Source: Eledone cirrhosa (Eukaryota). Taken from it: a stretch of 64,000 nucleotides of DNA. Shown here one piece after another: positions 30,084 to 42,854 of this stretch; positions within the stretch are counted from its first letter, which is position 1; each line of letters begins with the position of its first letter. Where the stretch lies: contig OZ024741.1 of the NCBI GenBank assembly GCA_964016885.1, positions 392,522,001-392,586,000 of the forward strand, in the 5' to 3' direction. Both the position numbers and the translations under genes were made by a program. The notes beneath the pieces are model-generated. The model was given only the letters and a program-made list of their open reading frames with translations. It searched no databases and had not been told where the DNA came from.

Positions 30084-30421
30084 TGAATTTTGTATCTCTA
30101 AAGATATACGGTATGTTTATAAATAAACATTTTGAAAGCCACAGCTATGAATAGAACACTGGCAGTCAGTGCTGCTGAACAGTGTCCAGTAGAAGCAAGG
30201 GGGATAACTGTTGATGCATTTCGAACTTAATGGTTCTCATCAGGACAATACTTCCCTCTCACTACTGCTGGACTTTAAAACAGGTGAATATATATAGTTA
30301 TTCCCCTAGCTCCTGCTGGACACTGCTTGGCAGTGCTGACCGCCAGTGTTTTATTCATAGCTGTGGCTTTCAAAATGTTTATTTATAAACATGCCGTATA
30401 TCTTTAGAGATACAAAATTCA
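30084..30421. repeat. Fold-back element: ~125-bp inverted repeats with a hammerhead at the arm/spacer junction
   Basis: tgaattttgtatctctaaagatatacgg... versus ...ccgtatatctttagagatacaaaattca; related sequence at ~23965-24150. Confidence 0.9.
30206..30250 (-). ncRNA. Minimal type I hammerhead ribozyme motif (on the RyR pre-mRNA strand)
   Basis: minus strand reads tattgtc-CTGATGA-GAAC-cattaa-GTTC-GAAA-TGCA-TC-aacagt; palindromic TGCA helix III. Confidence 0.78.
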
Positions 30422-30559
30422 CATACATATATTTGTATACAGCTAAATGTCGAAACTAAATTCTAAATATATATATATAGTTAATAAATCAAAATAAACA
30501 AAACACATGAAGCAAAATTACAGTCATATTAGGTTGATAATTGGAGGACGTGGAGGAGG

Positions 30560-30595
30560 TTTCAACATTTCGGACAGATGTCCTTCTTCAGGAAA
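30560..30595 (-). ncRNA. Ultra-minimal hammerhead-like motif
   Basis: minus strand reads TTTC-CTGAAGA-a-GGACA-tc-TGTCC-GAAA-TG-TT-GAAA; helices I and II pair. Confidence 0.6.
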
Positions 30596-30774
30596 GTTCC
30601 GGTAAGGAGAGAACAGATAGATGTATGAATAGGGTGAGATGCTTAGAGAAGGAAGTTAATAAGAGTGGAGGGTACTGGGGTGGTTGTGTGTGTGTCGAAG
30701 CTGATGATGATCCTGTTCTTCAACAGCAAGTGAATCATCTACATCCACTGGGTCCCCCACAATTAGACAGTCAA

Positions 30775-31222
30775 CAAAAAGTAGTATGTGGAGGTTTTGA
30801 AAGAGTTTTCGCCGCAGGAGACCAGAACTCTTCAAGTCTGGTCAGTGGCACCAAGACAATGTCTCCTGCCACAAATCCATCGTGGTAACCAACTACTTGG
30901 CTTATAAGGGGACCAAGATTGTCTCTCATCCTCCCTTCAGTACAGACTTAACTCCCTGCCACTTCTGGATGTTCCGAAATCTGAAGGTGAAGCTCTGGAG
31001 TATTTGCTTTGAGGATGTGGAGGAGATGAAGGAGGCTGTGAGAAGTGCCCAGGACATATTCACTTTGGAGGACTACAAGAGGATCTTCCAGAAGTAGCTG
31101 GAACATGGCAACAAATGCATTGAAGTTGGAGGATCCTACTTTGAGGGAGATTAGTATTTTGTGTTGATCTCAGATAAATAAATATCACTGATAAATGTCA
31201 GAAAACCTTTTAAGTGTACCTC
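30775..31222 (+). mobile_element. Mariner transposase 3' relic
   Basis: HQDN...H..IVVTNYLA..SHPPFSTDLTPCHFWMF..LK (YSPDLAPxD-like) and KCIEVGGSYFEGD*. Confidence 0.85.
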
Positions 31223-31371
31223 AAGTTGTTTACCAATGGGTAGAACTAGTGGTTCGGGTCGTTTTTGTTTTCAGTTGTTTGAGCGAAGTCAAGTTGAGCA
31301 AAGTTATTTTGAGCAAAGTCATTTTGAGCAATGCCTATTAAGCAATGTCAGTTTACACACACACATATATA

Positions 31372-31700
31372 TATAATATTAAAAGGAAACAAAGAATCAG
31401 TATTGCATAATTACATATTACATATGTTTCAGTGCAGATCAGCTTGAGGAAAGATCAATTAATGATTGATCCTGACTCTGGAATCAGAAGCTCCTCAGAT
31501 ATGTGTTCACATGTAGATGTTCCTCGAGCTGGTCGGCAGTGAAACATATGTAATATGTATGTAATTAAATATGTAAATGATGCAATACTGATTCTTTGTT
31601 CCCTTTTAATATTATTATTGATTATCTGCTCCCCATGAACATTGAGTACTTATCTTGGCATTCTGCCTGCGGACGCAATTCATTTGCACTTCTAATACCT
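31372..31700. repeat. Fold-back repeat family; related copies at ~3200-3360 and ~29540-29790
   Basis: inverted arms ~31374-31450 versus ~31519-31614; shared gaaacatatgtaatatg...actgattct motif across copies. Confidence 0.8.
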
Positions 31701-33138
31701 ATGCACATATAATATATATACATACAACTCACATTTTCCCATGTGACGGACAAGCAGAGGGAGAATCAGATTCTCCTTTATAATATAGATTGATTGAAAT
31801 AAATGGGGTATTATTTCATATATGTGTACAAATCAAGCTGTGGTACGTGTGTCAGCCAAAAAGTTCATAGGCTAACTATCATGTAGTGATGCTAGAGCTG
31901 TGAAATCTAGCATGCATTAATTTCAACTCTTATTAATAACTGCATTGTTTCTTTCCAGAGAATATGTTGATAAATAAACCTAATTTGGTCATTCCATGAG
32001 AGTATCTTGGTCAGCCTATGAACTTGTCACCTCTATCATCATCATCATCATCAAAACAACTTCTCTCAAATGACTTTGCTCAAAAGGAATGGAACCAGTC
32101 CGGGTTGGTAAACAAGAATGCAACAAATTAATTAAACCACTCAACATTATGCAAATCATCCATCGTAGATGTAGTATCCTGTGGTTGGTGCAGGAATGGA
32201 GTAAAGTATTCATTAAAACAACAACAGAGGGCCGGACTGGAAAATTTACTGTATTTCTGTGAAATCACTGTACATATTTCAATTGCCCAACTCTATCATC
32301 CTATTATGATACAAGACAATATATAAAGTTATAGGGTAATAGTTCATTGATGAAATACTCTAGCCATGTTGAAACGACTGTAGATATATGAATAAATAAT
32401 AATAATACTAATCCTTGGTCTTATTGAACTATATATATATTTTGAACTATATATATATGTTACCAATCACTTATTTACATCATAATTTGATTTACAATTG
32501 TTTCATGCTCGTGGGACTCATCGGAATCAATCATTTTATAAATAAATACCTCAACAAGTTCATATTTTTGAATGCACAAAAAGTCTGTATAGTTTTGTTT
32601 ACATTTTACAAAACTGCATAGTCATCACAAGAGATATTATTTACCACGTGCAGCATGACGTTAATTCATGCTGGCACTGAAACGAATGTTACAAGACCAT
32701 TTTGGTTATTGAATAGGAACTGGACTTCATGAATTCTTCATCTTATAATCATTTCACTCATTTCTTTAATAGCTTATTTTATTTAATCTTAACTACGTTT
32801 TACATACAAGTATTTATATTGTGTTTATTTGAAACGTGGGTCTGGGAATTGTTTGAGAGTGTTAGGTCAAGGATATATGGTAGAAGGTGGAGCTTGGCCT
32901 ATTACTTAATGGAATTGTAGTCACTGCAGGTAATAATCAATATTGTTTAATGTCTATTCTTATACAGAAACTGCATAGGGATTATGGTAGATGTCTTAGA
33001 TCTAGTATAGACATTTAGTTCACGACTGACTTTGTTTATATGGATGTAATTTTTATGAGTTTGGAATCTGATCGTCTTGTCCACTAGATTCTTTGTTTAT
33101 AGTTGGCTTTGTTTTCTAAGTGTATAATTTACATATAG

Positions 33139-33332
33139 GGCGGTGAATTGACAGTATTGGTAGAGCATCAGACACCATGCTTAGCAGCATAGAGTTATAG
33201 CCCTTTACGTTCTGAGTTCAAATACTGCTGAGGTTAACTTTGCCTTTCATCCATACGGGGTTGATAAAACAAGGTACCAGTAATGTACTGGAGTAATTGC
33301 TAGCCTTGTGCCAAAAGTAGAAACAATTATTT
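33139..33332 (+). mobile_element. SINE family B copy; others at ~10680-11020 (-, two copies), ~25610-25710 (-), ~44400-44612 (+), ~63925-64000 (+)
   Basis: same head, core and gccttgtgcc..aagtagaaacaattattt tail. Confidence 0.88.
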
Positions 33333-34127
33333 ACATATAGGGCATTCGATGATTGCTTGTATTTGTTCTTTATATATGTATATAATGTATATATGTGTAG
33401 TATAAGTGCATGTATATTTAGGGTAGTATTCAATGGGGAATAGACTGGTTAGAGAAATACATCCACTGTAAAGTGGTTGGGTAGATGTCACAACAAAAAG
33501 CACTCAGTCCACACTGCAAAGTGGTCATGTAGGCACCATGATAAAAAGCACCCACTTCTCACTGTAAATGAAGTTGGTGTTAGGAAGGGCATCTAGCTGT
33601 AGAAATCAAGCCAAAATCAGTTCTGTATGAGCAAGACATGGTCATCTGACCTGGCATTGCCCACAACAGGACAACTCGTCTGACCCATGTTAGCATGGAA
33701 AAATGGATGTAAAACAGTGATGATGATGATATACAAGTCAATTCATTGGCTTGGCACTCACTATATAATTGAATTTCAGAGAAATGCAAAAACATACCTA
33801 TATATCATTGTATATGTACAGGTATTGATTATACAAATTTTCACCTAATATTATTCAAATACTTTGATGTACAACTCTCTTGAAACATGCATAAGGAATT
33901 AAAATTGATTTAAAAACTAATTTTTCCTTCTATATATTTGATTTTATTTGCTCTGTGTTTATGTGTGCCTTTCCAAATCTTTCTCCCTAAAAAGATCTAC
34001 TTTCTATTCAGACCAATATAATATATAAACATAATGCACTAATTCTGAAAAGACAAGGCAATTATATACTAGCATATGTAATTCTCTACATTCATTTGAG
34101 CTTTGTATATTTAATTTTACCTTTGCT

Positions 34128-34212
<85 letters not shown>

Positions 34213-35564
34213 TATATATATTATTTGAGATGAAATTAGATAAAATGTCAGTTAAAATTCAATATCAAAATTTTATGTAAGATTTTACTAAGTACTGGGA
34301 GTAACAAGTTTAGGCTTTCATAGATTCAGTTCTGTCAAGGAAATAATAGAAATACTGTCATTAAATTAATGATAAATATTTGAATTAAATATGGCTTTGA
34401 GAAATGTGAACTGGGTAGAAACAAAAATAACATTTTTGATATTCTAAAATTATCTCTTGCAAAACTATCTCAGAATTCAATATTAAATATCTTTTTTCAT
34501 TATCAAATAAATATCATTTTATTAACAGTCCATTAATGACTTTAGGTCAATATGAAAATTCTATCTACTGCTATTGTCTTTTTCTAATATAAATTTTACT
34601 GTTAAAGATCATTTTATAATGATTATTATCATAGCTAGTAGTACCAATACTGTACTCTAGTCAGTTGTGTTTACTAAGACGTTTAGTTTTAATTTAGCTT
34701 AGTATGAAATATCATAAGTGTTCTAGTGTTTGGATTCATTCTCATCTCTAAGATTTTTGTTGGATATTAATCAAACAAATAGTTTAAATGACATTAAGAT
34801 TAGTTTCTCTTCATTATAACATATGCTTTAAATTCATAATGAAACTTCAAAGCTCTTATAAAAATATTTCTATGTGAATATATGTGTAAAGGTTTGACAA
34901 TTTATGTAAGAAAAATCAAGGAAGTAAAAAAGTTAAAAATACAAAATTTTCAAGCAAGAAGTTGTAAAATATAAGACTAAGAAAAATTAACAACAAAATT
35001 ATGAACAGAAAAATTGGATAAATTTGAAAGTAAAAAAAGGTATCTAAAATAAATATTATGTAAACAATATTATTATTTTAAAGAAGACATGCAAAACAAG
35101 CTTATGAAGCAGTCTAGTACGAATGAACTGTTCAAAATCAAAGAATGAAAGGTTGTTTTTAATAATATTTTGTTTGCTATCTAGATTTCTTTTATTTATA
35201 ATTAGAAGAAAAAAAGAAATTAATTGACTGAATTCACAGGATCAAACCCAGCAAATCTTGCAATATGTTTGTTTCTTGATATCAAGCTTGAATAAAAAAA
35301 ATCATTTTTCTCACAAGATTAAATGTTTTGTTAATAATTTAACTAACATTTTACTTGAAAACTGATTAAAAACAAGATATTTAATGAAAGAGATACATGC
35401 TGTAATTATAACAGTTCATCTATTTCATAGCAAACAGATGAGCCATTAATCAGTGCCATGTATCTAGAGTTAGCCATTTAATAAAGTAAGAAATTCTAAA
35501 AGCTATATTTAAAAAGAAATGGAACAAAATGGTAGCAAGCATGTAAGAAGAATATGTTACTTAC

Positions 35565-35737
35565 CAGCAATTACTTTACTTCCCTTTTCAACAGAGGCAT
35601 CACTTATGTTGGCATCGCTGTAGTTCTGGCCTGGCATATCAACATAAGCATTTCTTTCCTCTTCAATATCCATTTCATGACGGCGAATATTTTCTAAATT
35701 CATTTTGTGATCTATTTCAGACTGGATGGTTTTATCC
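35565..35737 (-). CDS. RyR: RyR exon, entry into divergent region 2: KDKTIQSEIDHKMNLENIRRHEMDIEEERNAYVDMPGQNYSDANISDASVEKGSKVIA
   Basis: tttttttcag acceptor, G|gtaagt donor, 173 nt, phase 2->1; open and phase-compatible with the previous exon; sequence itself poorly conserved. Confidence 0.88.
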
Positions 35738-36289
35738 CTGAAAAAAAATGTATTATATATATTTTACTTTAAAAATGCATATTTTATCATTAATTTGCAT
35801 ATACATTTATAATATATTCATACATATGTAAATACTTTAGAATTATCTGTTCTCTTATGCCTAGCATGTAAATGTCATTAATGGTTCTAAATTTTAGAGA
35901 TAGGGATTGAAGTTTGACAAATACAGCAGACTTTGCAAGTGTGGTTCAATTTGATATTGACTTGCTGTTAGTTGCACTGTTATTGCTTCAAATTTTATGG
36001 CTCAAACCTGGTCACATGTGTCTTTGACAGAGTATGTTATGTATTTCTGCTTTCTTATCCTAGCTTATGAGTCAAATTGGAAAAATAAAATTTAATTTGA
36101 TGGCTCATTTGGAGTTGAAGGAGATTCAAGACTTATTCTCAAATGTAGAGATTATTTTGAGAATTAATATTTTACTTTAATGCTATGTTTGCAGTTTCAA
36201 AACTTCCATGAAAGCATTTAATATTTTGTATAGTTCTCTGAATGACATCTCACATAGTACAAAGGTAGGACTTTCCACTGTTGTCTTCC

Positions 36290-36710
36290 TTTTATATCAG
36301 CAATGATAAACTAAACATGAGGCTTTTTTTTTCAGAGAAAAATAAATGTCACTATCGTTATCTTCTTTCTTAGATACTATACTGGAGCATGCAATTAAAT
36401 CATTCAACCCCAGCAGTTTCACACTGTACATTACCCTTATCCAGTAATTCTCTTTGACCAGAAATTCCAGTTTAGCTATAGGTCCTTCCCCCTGAACCTG
36501 GTCAATTATCTGGATCCTACCACAACCAAAACCTTCCTTGTGTTGCCTAAAGTGCTTGCATATGTATAAAGATTTGTCTGAACTAAAAGCCTGTCTATGT
36601 CCACAGAGTCTCCGATAGAATGACTGAGATGTTTGTCTGGCATATTGCAAACCATACTTACCACATTGAATAATGTATATAACATATTGCGACTTGCAAT
36701 CAAGTCTGAA
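36290..36710 (-). mobile_element. Penelope-like element relic, GIY-YIG endonuclease (frameshifted)
   Basis: QYARQTSQSFYRRLCGHR...KHF..H...IQIIDQ...KENYWIRVMYSVKLLGLND resembles the PLE endonuclease pattern QYxGxT..L..R..H / E..WI..L.T..P.GLN. Confidence 0.8.
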
Positions 36711-36901
36711 ATATTTTTTCTTTATCTATTTTGAGATTTAGATATTTTATTCTTATTGTATTTAATAAAAATGGTGCCATTTTCTTTACTATATGAACAG
36801 GTATCATCACCAACAGATTAAAATCATATATTATTTCAGATATATATATAATAATTTATTTTTCTCTAAATGATTAATGATAAAATATTGTTTCAACTTA
36901 C

Positions 36902-37021
36902 TTAGCAACATATTCTTCCATACAAGTTACTGGCAAACTTAGGCGCACATATTCCAAGCAGACATGCTCCAAAGTGCCAAAGTTTTTTGAAGAAATTTTT
37001 AATGCTGGTGTGATGTTAGTT
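36902..37021 (-). CDS. RyR: RyR exon, first part of SPRY3: GTNITPALKISSKNFGTLEHVCLEYVRLSLPVTCMEEYVA
   Basis: ttttcag acceptor, AA|gtaagt donor, 120 nt, phase 2->2; PxLKx..F...RLSLPV motif. Confidence 0.95.
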
Positions 37022-37159
37022 CTGAAAAATACAAAAAAAATAGCCAAGAGTAAAATCGATACCTAGAAGTTGATAATATTAATTTAGCATAATTAGCTGT
37101 TATATATACATATTCCGTTATATATATACCATGCTAGCGTGGAAAATGGACATTAAACA

Positions 37160-37191
<32 letters not shown>

Positions 37192-38109
37192 ATATCTCTT
37201 TCTTTTTTTTAAACATATTAGTACTTTTGAATAAATTCATTAAAACTTGAATAGCATTAAAAGAAAAAGAAAATGTATAAAGACTTTGGTTGTTGTTGTT
37301 TAGCAGAACGCTGATCAAAGGCATTTTAGACAAGACCATCCAGTCTTTACAGAGACAGTTTATCTCAGACTACTTTATATAATATGCCCTATAAAGATCT
37401 GGTTAATATTTCTAGCAGCTACAGAAAGGTTTCTTATGGTTTACTAATTGGCTGAAGAAAATAGTTAAATCTTGGTTTCTAAAATAGTTAAATCTTGGTT
37501 TCTAAGTGACAGAAATAAAATAAACAATAAAGAATATCTTTTTTTGCTTTCAAATAAGAAAAAATAATAATTGTGTTTTAATTGTGTTTTAATTGCGTTT
37601 TAATTTAGGTCTGAAATGTGGAGTGTGAAGACCAACCAAGAGAACCAATTAGATATTTTTGACACCAACTTGGCTGGTTGGAACATGTTACAGGACTCCT
37701 AAGTGAGAAACATGCTAATCAGATCCTGTATTACTACCCCCATGGAAAGAGACGAACTGGCAGCAAATAATTGACAGGGACCTGAAACCTGTCAGCTAAA
37801 GTTGGAATGATGTATTGTTCAATGTAACTACTATAGCCATTGGGTCACATTGGCTGCCTCATTCATCTTAAGATGTGAAAGCTTCTAAGTAATATTTTTA
37901 TTAGTTCAAAGGAAAATAATTTAAGATAATGTTTAGAATCCAGTGTACAATAATGTATATAATTGAAAATAAGATGAATTTTATTTATTTTCTCTGAACT
38001 TATGTGACCTGGTTTATAATTTAATTTTTTTTTGATTGCTGCATTACATCCCTGTTGCCAACTGATTTAGTTGCCTCTTATGATGTGCAGAGGTATGGTG
38101 TATCTATTA

Positions 38110-38345
38110 TAACTTTTTCACTACCAACTGACCCAAAAGCCCTTCAGGATTTAATGAAACAAAACCATCCATTTTAAAGGGTTTTTACTTCAATAAAAAT
38201 CTTCCGACATAACTTGATATAAGAAGCTTTTGTTAAATTGAATTATCAACACCAACAAATACTTAATAATTTTAGTTAATTCCTCAAAATTCTTCATTAA
38301 TTCCAATGCACTATTTAATTAGAAATATAATAACAAAAGGGTTAA
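38110..38345. mobile_element. Putative TTAA-type MITE family; copies at ~12079-12272, ~14060-14270 and ~47370-47557
   Basis: degenerate terminal inverted repeats (aactctttcaatacca / tggtaatgaaagggtt), right ends at ggTTAA, similar internal sequence. Confidence 0.5.
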
Positions 38346-38561
38346 AACCAGGATATGCACATCTGATAAAAATGGTTTCAGCTTATTTAATATAGATTAA
38401 ACTTTATCTTGAAATGGTTAATATAATATGTTACATATATTTTAGATATACATGAAATTATTGGAATGCATAAACATTCTTTAGGTAGAATATTATTGAA
38501 TATATATTTATCATCTGTAAAAAACAAATAGAGTAAATATACAATGTTTGTGTATACATAC

Positions 38562-38666
38562 CCTCCAGGTATTCTTACAGCTTCCAAACGGGAATGGTCT
38601 GAAGTCAATGGCTCAAAAATTGGTTGATTTTTTGAATACCAGAGTGTCATTTGCCTAGTCATATTT
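38562..38666 (-). CDS. RyR: RyR exon: VNMTRQMTLWYSKNQPIFEPLTSDHSRLEAVRIPG
   Basis: tatag acceptor, GG|gtatgt donor, 105 nt, phase 2->2; NMxRxxTxWxSKxxPxF motif. Confidence 0.95.
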
Positions 38667-39567
38667 CTATAATAGATAAAGAGAACATGAGTTGATGTAT
38701 GGAATATATACCACCACCACCATATTTTTAACATGTTTTCCAAGTTGGTCTGGTTTGGATAACAAACAAATATCACTACCTGTGAATGTTGAATGTGAAG
38801 ATACAAGCAATCACACTAACATACACACACATACATACAAACACACACACATACACATAAATATGATGGGCTTCCTTACAATTTCCATCTACCAAATTTA
38901 CCCACAAGGCACCTGTTGGCCTGCACTATTATTTACTTATTTATTTTTTGGATTCAATACTTTCATATTTGTTTATGCGTGTATTCACACACTCACATGT
39001 GTATGTATATATATATATATATATATATCTTTGGTAAAGTTTACATTTAGGAAAATATTCAACAGTGTAAACTTTCCTTTCCGCTGGCCAGCTAAATCCT
39101 TTAAATGTTATCCTCATAAAATTCAGAAGTTTAGAAATGTTAACACACTTATAGAATTTACAAAACTAATGAATATAAATAACCAGCAATTTAAAAAAAA
39201 CACCTAAAATCTTGATTCTTCACCCTAAAATAGCATAAATTAAATATTTTCAAACTTAACCGTTTAACTTTCTGAAAAAATCTCCTTCTACATATATTAC
39301 CCCTTATCTTTCCCTCTCTATATATCCTATTCCAGTGGCTCTCATTGACTGTTTTCCTAGATAAACATAAATTGTAGTATCCCACATTTTAAAATCTTTA
39401 TAACTGTTACATTAAGCAACGTTTTTCTTACTCACACATTCTCTATTGAATTTATTACGTTTTCGCATTTTCTCATTATAAATGTTAAATGTTAAACTTT
39501 CTCTTAGGTTAATCACTACCTTGATTAAATCTTAACCATTTAACATCTCAGGGTATGTCATGTACCG

Positions 39568-39628
39568 TTATATTTTGTCTGATGAGGACATACTGTTGTA
39601 CATCCGAAATATGTATAATAAAATGTAA
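39568..39628 (+). ncRNA. Minimal type I hammerhead ribozyme motif
   Basis: helix I TTATATTTTGT/ATAAAATGTAA, CTGATGA 39579-39585, helix II GGA..TAC-tgtt-GTA..TCC, GAAA-TATGTA-TA. Confidence 0.78.
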
Positions 39629-39664
39629 TTGATCAAAAGAACATCTATTTTATTAATATTTGTA

Positions 39665-39695
<31 letters not shown>

Positions 39696-40446
39696 GTGTA
39701 TGTATATGTGTGTGTGTATATATGTATATATGTATATATGTGTGTATGTTTGTATGTAAGTATGTCTATGTATGTGCATATATATATGTATATACCCATT
39801 TACATGCTCTTATGTAATTATATGTATTTTTGTACACCAGTGTCTTTATGTATTGGTTGCATGTGTGTCTGTGTGCGCGTGTGTTTATATTTTTGAATAT
39901 TTTCATATTTTGTTTTTTATTTTTTTGGTTGTCTGGTCAGTTGGATACATATATTAAGTCAATAACCCAACCTTGAAATGTGCTTATGTTTGTATCTATG
40001 TATGCTCATGCATATATATATGTGTATGTGTGTGTACATATATATATATACATATATATGTGTATGTATGTGTATGTGTGTGTATATATATATGTATGTA
40101 TCTATATATATGTATTTATTTTTACCCCCTAACCTTACGTTCTGTTTCAGTGTATAAATATTTTTCGCGCTATTTTATTTTATTTTATTTTATATTTTCT
40201 TATTTTATTTAAGCCTCGCTTTCAATTGTAATAGCCTTTGTTTCTAAATTAATATCTTATATTCATATTAAAATTTTCCTTCTGATGAACGATTTCAGAT
40301 ATCTCTGTTGAGCTTGTCTGTCTTCGAGAAATCTTTGGTAAATGGAATAATTGTATTGTGTTGTTTATTAAATAATTAAATAGCTCTGTAACATACATAG
40401 AACATTCTCCTTTCCTTTACCCTTTCTACGGAAATACTTCATATAT

Positions 40447-40779
40447 ATCATCATCATTTCATTTTACGTCCACTTTTCCCTGCTTGCAAGGGTGGGACGG
40501 GAACTGATTCTGGCTTGATTTCTACAGCTGGATGCCCTTCCTAACACTAACCTCATTTACAGTGAGTGCTGGGTGCTTTTTTGCCATGGCACCTCCATGA
40601 CCACTTTGCAGTGGAATGATATGGACCGCAGTCCCTATCATCTCATTTCTACAGCTGAGTAAACTGGAGCAATGTGAAATAAAGTGTCTTGCTCAAGGAA
40701 ACAACACATCACCCAGTCTGAGAATTGAACTCACAACCTTTCGATTGCAAGGCCAATGATCTAACCACTAAGCCATGTG
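40447..40779 (-). mobile_element. SINE family A copy
   Basis: highly similar to 27237-27586. Confidence 0.9.
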
Positions 40780-41152
40780 GTTTATATATATATAAATCAA
40801 TAAATTATACCCTTTCTACGGAAATACTTCATATATATATTTATAAATCAACAAATGATATGAATACACCAAATTCCATAATTGAAGGATCAATATTTAT
40901 TAGATAACTTATACATATTTCATTAATATGTAAGCAATTACATCAAGAATTGCAAATCCAGTGTGTATATTGGGATAAATAAACTTCAAATATGTTGTAT
41001 CATCTGTGGTGATGAGACCAGGGAGACCACTAATCATGGGAGTACTCAAGGCATGGTGAGATGCAGTTGGGTATAGAGATATGTAAAATCCCAACCACAG
41101 CACCTAGCAGTTTTGCTAGGCGCTGCAGTCAATACATATATACATATATATA

Positions 41153-42476
41153 TCATCCTCATCATCACCATTTTACGCCATTCTTCCATGCTAGCATGGG
41201 TTAGACGGGTTGTCCTGTTGTGGGCAATGTCAGGTAGGGTGACCTTGTCTTGCTCATACGGGAACTGATTTTGGCTTGATTTCTACAGATGGATGCCCTT
41301 CCTAACACCAACCTCATTTACAGTGAGTGCTGGGTGCTTTTTTTTTGTGGTGCCTACACAACCACTTTACAGTGTGGTCTGGGTGCTTTTTGTCATGACA
41401 CCTCCATGACCCCTTTGCAGTGTGAGGGGATGGGGGCATATTGTCTATATGCTTCAGCTTCGGCGTGTTCCTGTGGGAAGTTCGGTCTTCTGTATTACTG
41501 CCAGAGGTCATGGTGCTGTGTCATCACCTTTGAGAGGTGCAATTGGGTAAGGTCTGCTTTTATCACCTCATCCCAGGTCTTCTTGGGTCTCTCCACTCCA
41601 CGGCTTCCATCGACTTTTAGTGCTCTGCACCTTTTTATGCAGCTGTTATCCTTCATACGCATCACATGTCCATACCAACACAACCTCTTCTCCTGCACAT
41701 AGCATTTGATTCCTCTTATGCTCAGCCTCTCTCTCAATTCATTTATGATTTGCTGTATATTACTATTACACATCCATCGGAACATGCAGGCTTCGTTTCT
41801 TTCTAATCTATGCAAGTCTTCCACATTCAGCGCCCAGGTCTCACTACCATGTAACATTGCTGTTTGTATACACGCATCATACAGTTTGCCTTTCATTTTC
41901 AGGGAAAAGTCTTTTGCAGCTAGCAGTGGTAGTAGCTTCCTGAACTTCTTCCATCCCGTTCTTACCCTGGCTACTGTACTTTCCAAACACCCACCTTCAC
42001 TGCTAATTTGGTCACCTAGGTAGCAGCTGTCTACTGTTTGTACAGAGCCTTCTCAGAGTCTGGTGGTGCTTGTTTCCTGTGGCTGTTTTCTGCTTACTGT
42101 ATCAGTGCAGTTGCTACATCTAAAGTCTATATTCCTAACTAAGCTTCCTGAGACCCCACTACATCTCTTGTATACCCATTGTTTGCATTTGGGGCAGAGG
42201 ATGGAATTTTTACCCACAACTTTCCTACATACTGAACAAGGCTATTTCCCTGAGGGGATCTGGGTTCTGTTTTCTTGTCTACTTATAAGGACCTTAGTCT
42301 TTGTCAGGTTTGGAATTTCTTCTTTAGTTCTGCCATAGATTCAGCTATAAGTGTAAGATCATCCACATACAGAAGTTCCCATGGGCATCTGGTCTTAAAC
42401 TCTTCTGTTATAGCCTGCAATACTATAATAAACAGGAGAGGGCTAAGAACAGAGCCCTGGTGGACACCGACCTGTA
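41153..42476 (-). mobile_element. RTE-clade LINE, 5'-truncated, RT through 3' UTR and (GAT)n tail
   Basis: VGVHQGSVLSPLLFII..ELLYVDDL; MLHGSETWAL..LERNEA; RLCWYGHVMRM..RPKKTW. Confidence 0.93.
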
Positions 42477-42529
42477 TGCAAAATATATATATATGTATAT
42501 GTATATATATAGAGGGTAAAGAGTAAAGA

Positions 42530-42854
42530 CCCCCTTCAGTCACAAATGACCATAGGATTTGCACCAAGAAAGTTCCTCTCCGAGGCATAATCCAGGCAAG
42601 GTTGTTTGTGGAAGACCAGTAGTCGCACATGCATACCAGCCTCCTCTCCCCATGCCACCGATGTTGTCCAAGGCAAAGTGAATGGCCAATACAGCTTGGC
42701 ACCAGTGATGTCACAACTCATTTCTACAGTTGAGTAAACTGGAGCAACGTAAAGTGTCTTGCTCAAGGACACAGCGTATCACCTGGTCTAAGAATCTAAC
42801 TCACAACTTCCTGATTGCTAGCTCAATGTTCTAACCACTAAGCCCTGCCCCTTC
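42530..42854 (-). mobile_element. SINE with family A head and CORE-like domain but a different body
   Basis: same tRNA head and gtgtccttgagcaagacact, diverging below ~42715. Confidence 0.75.

Noticed and set aside
31515-31560. Hammerhead in the 3200/29540/31372 fold-back family
   Set aside because: GAAACATATGTA is present but the upstream box (ctggtcgg/ctgatcga/ctgataga) does not fit CUGANGA and helix II cannot be drawn; unresolved.
32016-32213. 65-aa minus-strand ORF as an RyR exon
   Set aside because: No RyR similarity and it runs into a (GAT)n repeat; only a 38-nt sub-piece is kept as a weak candidate.
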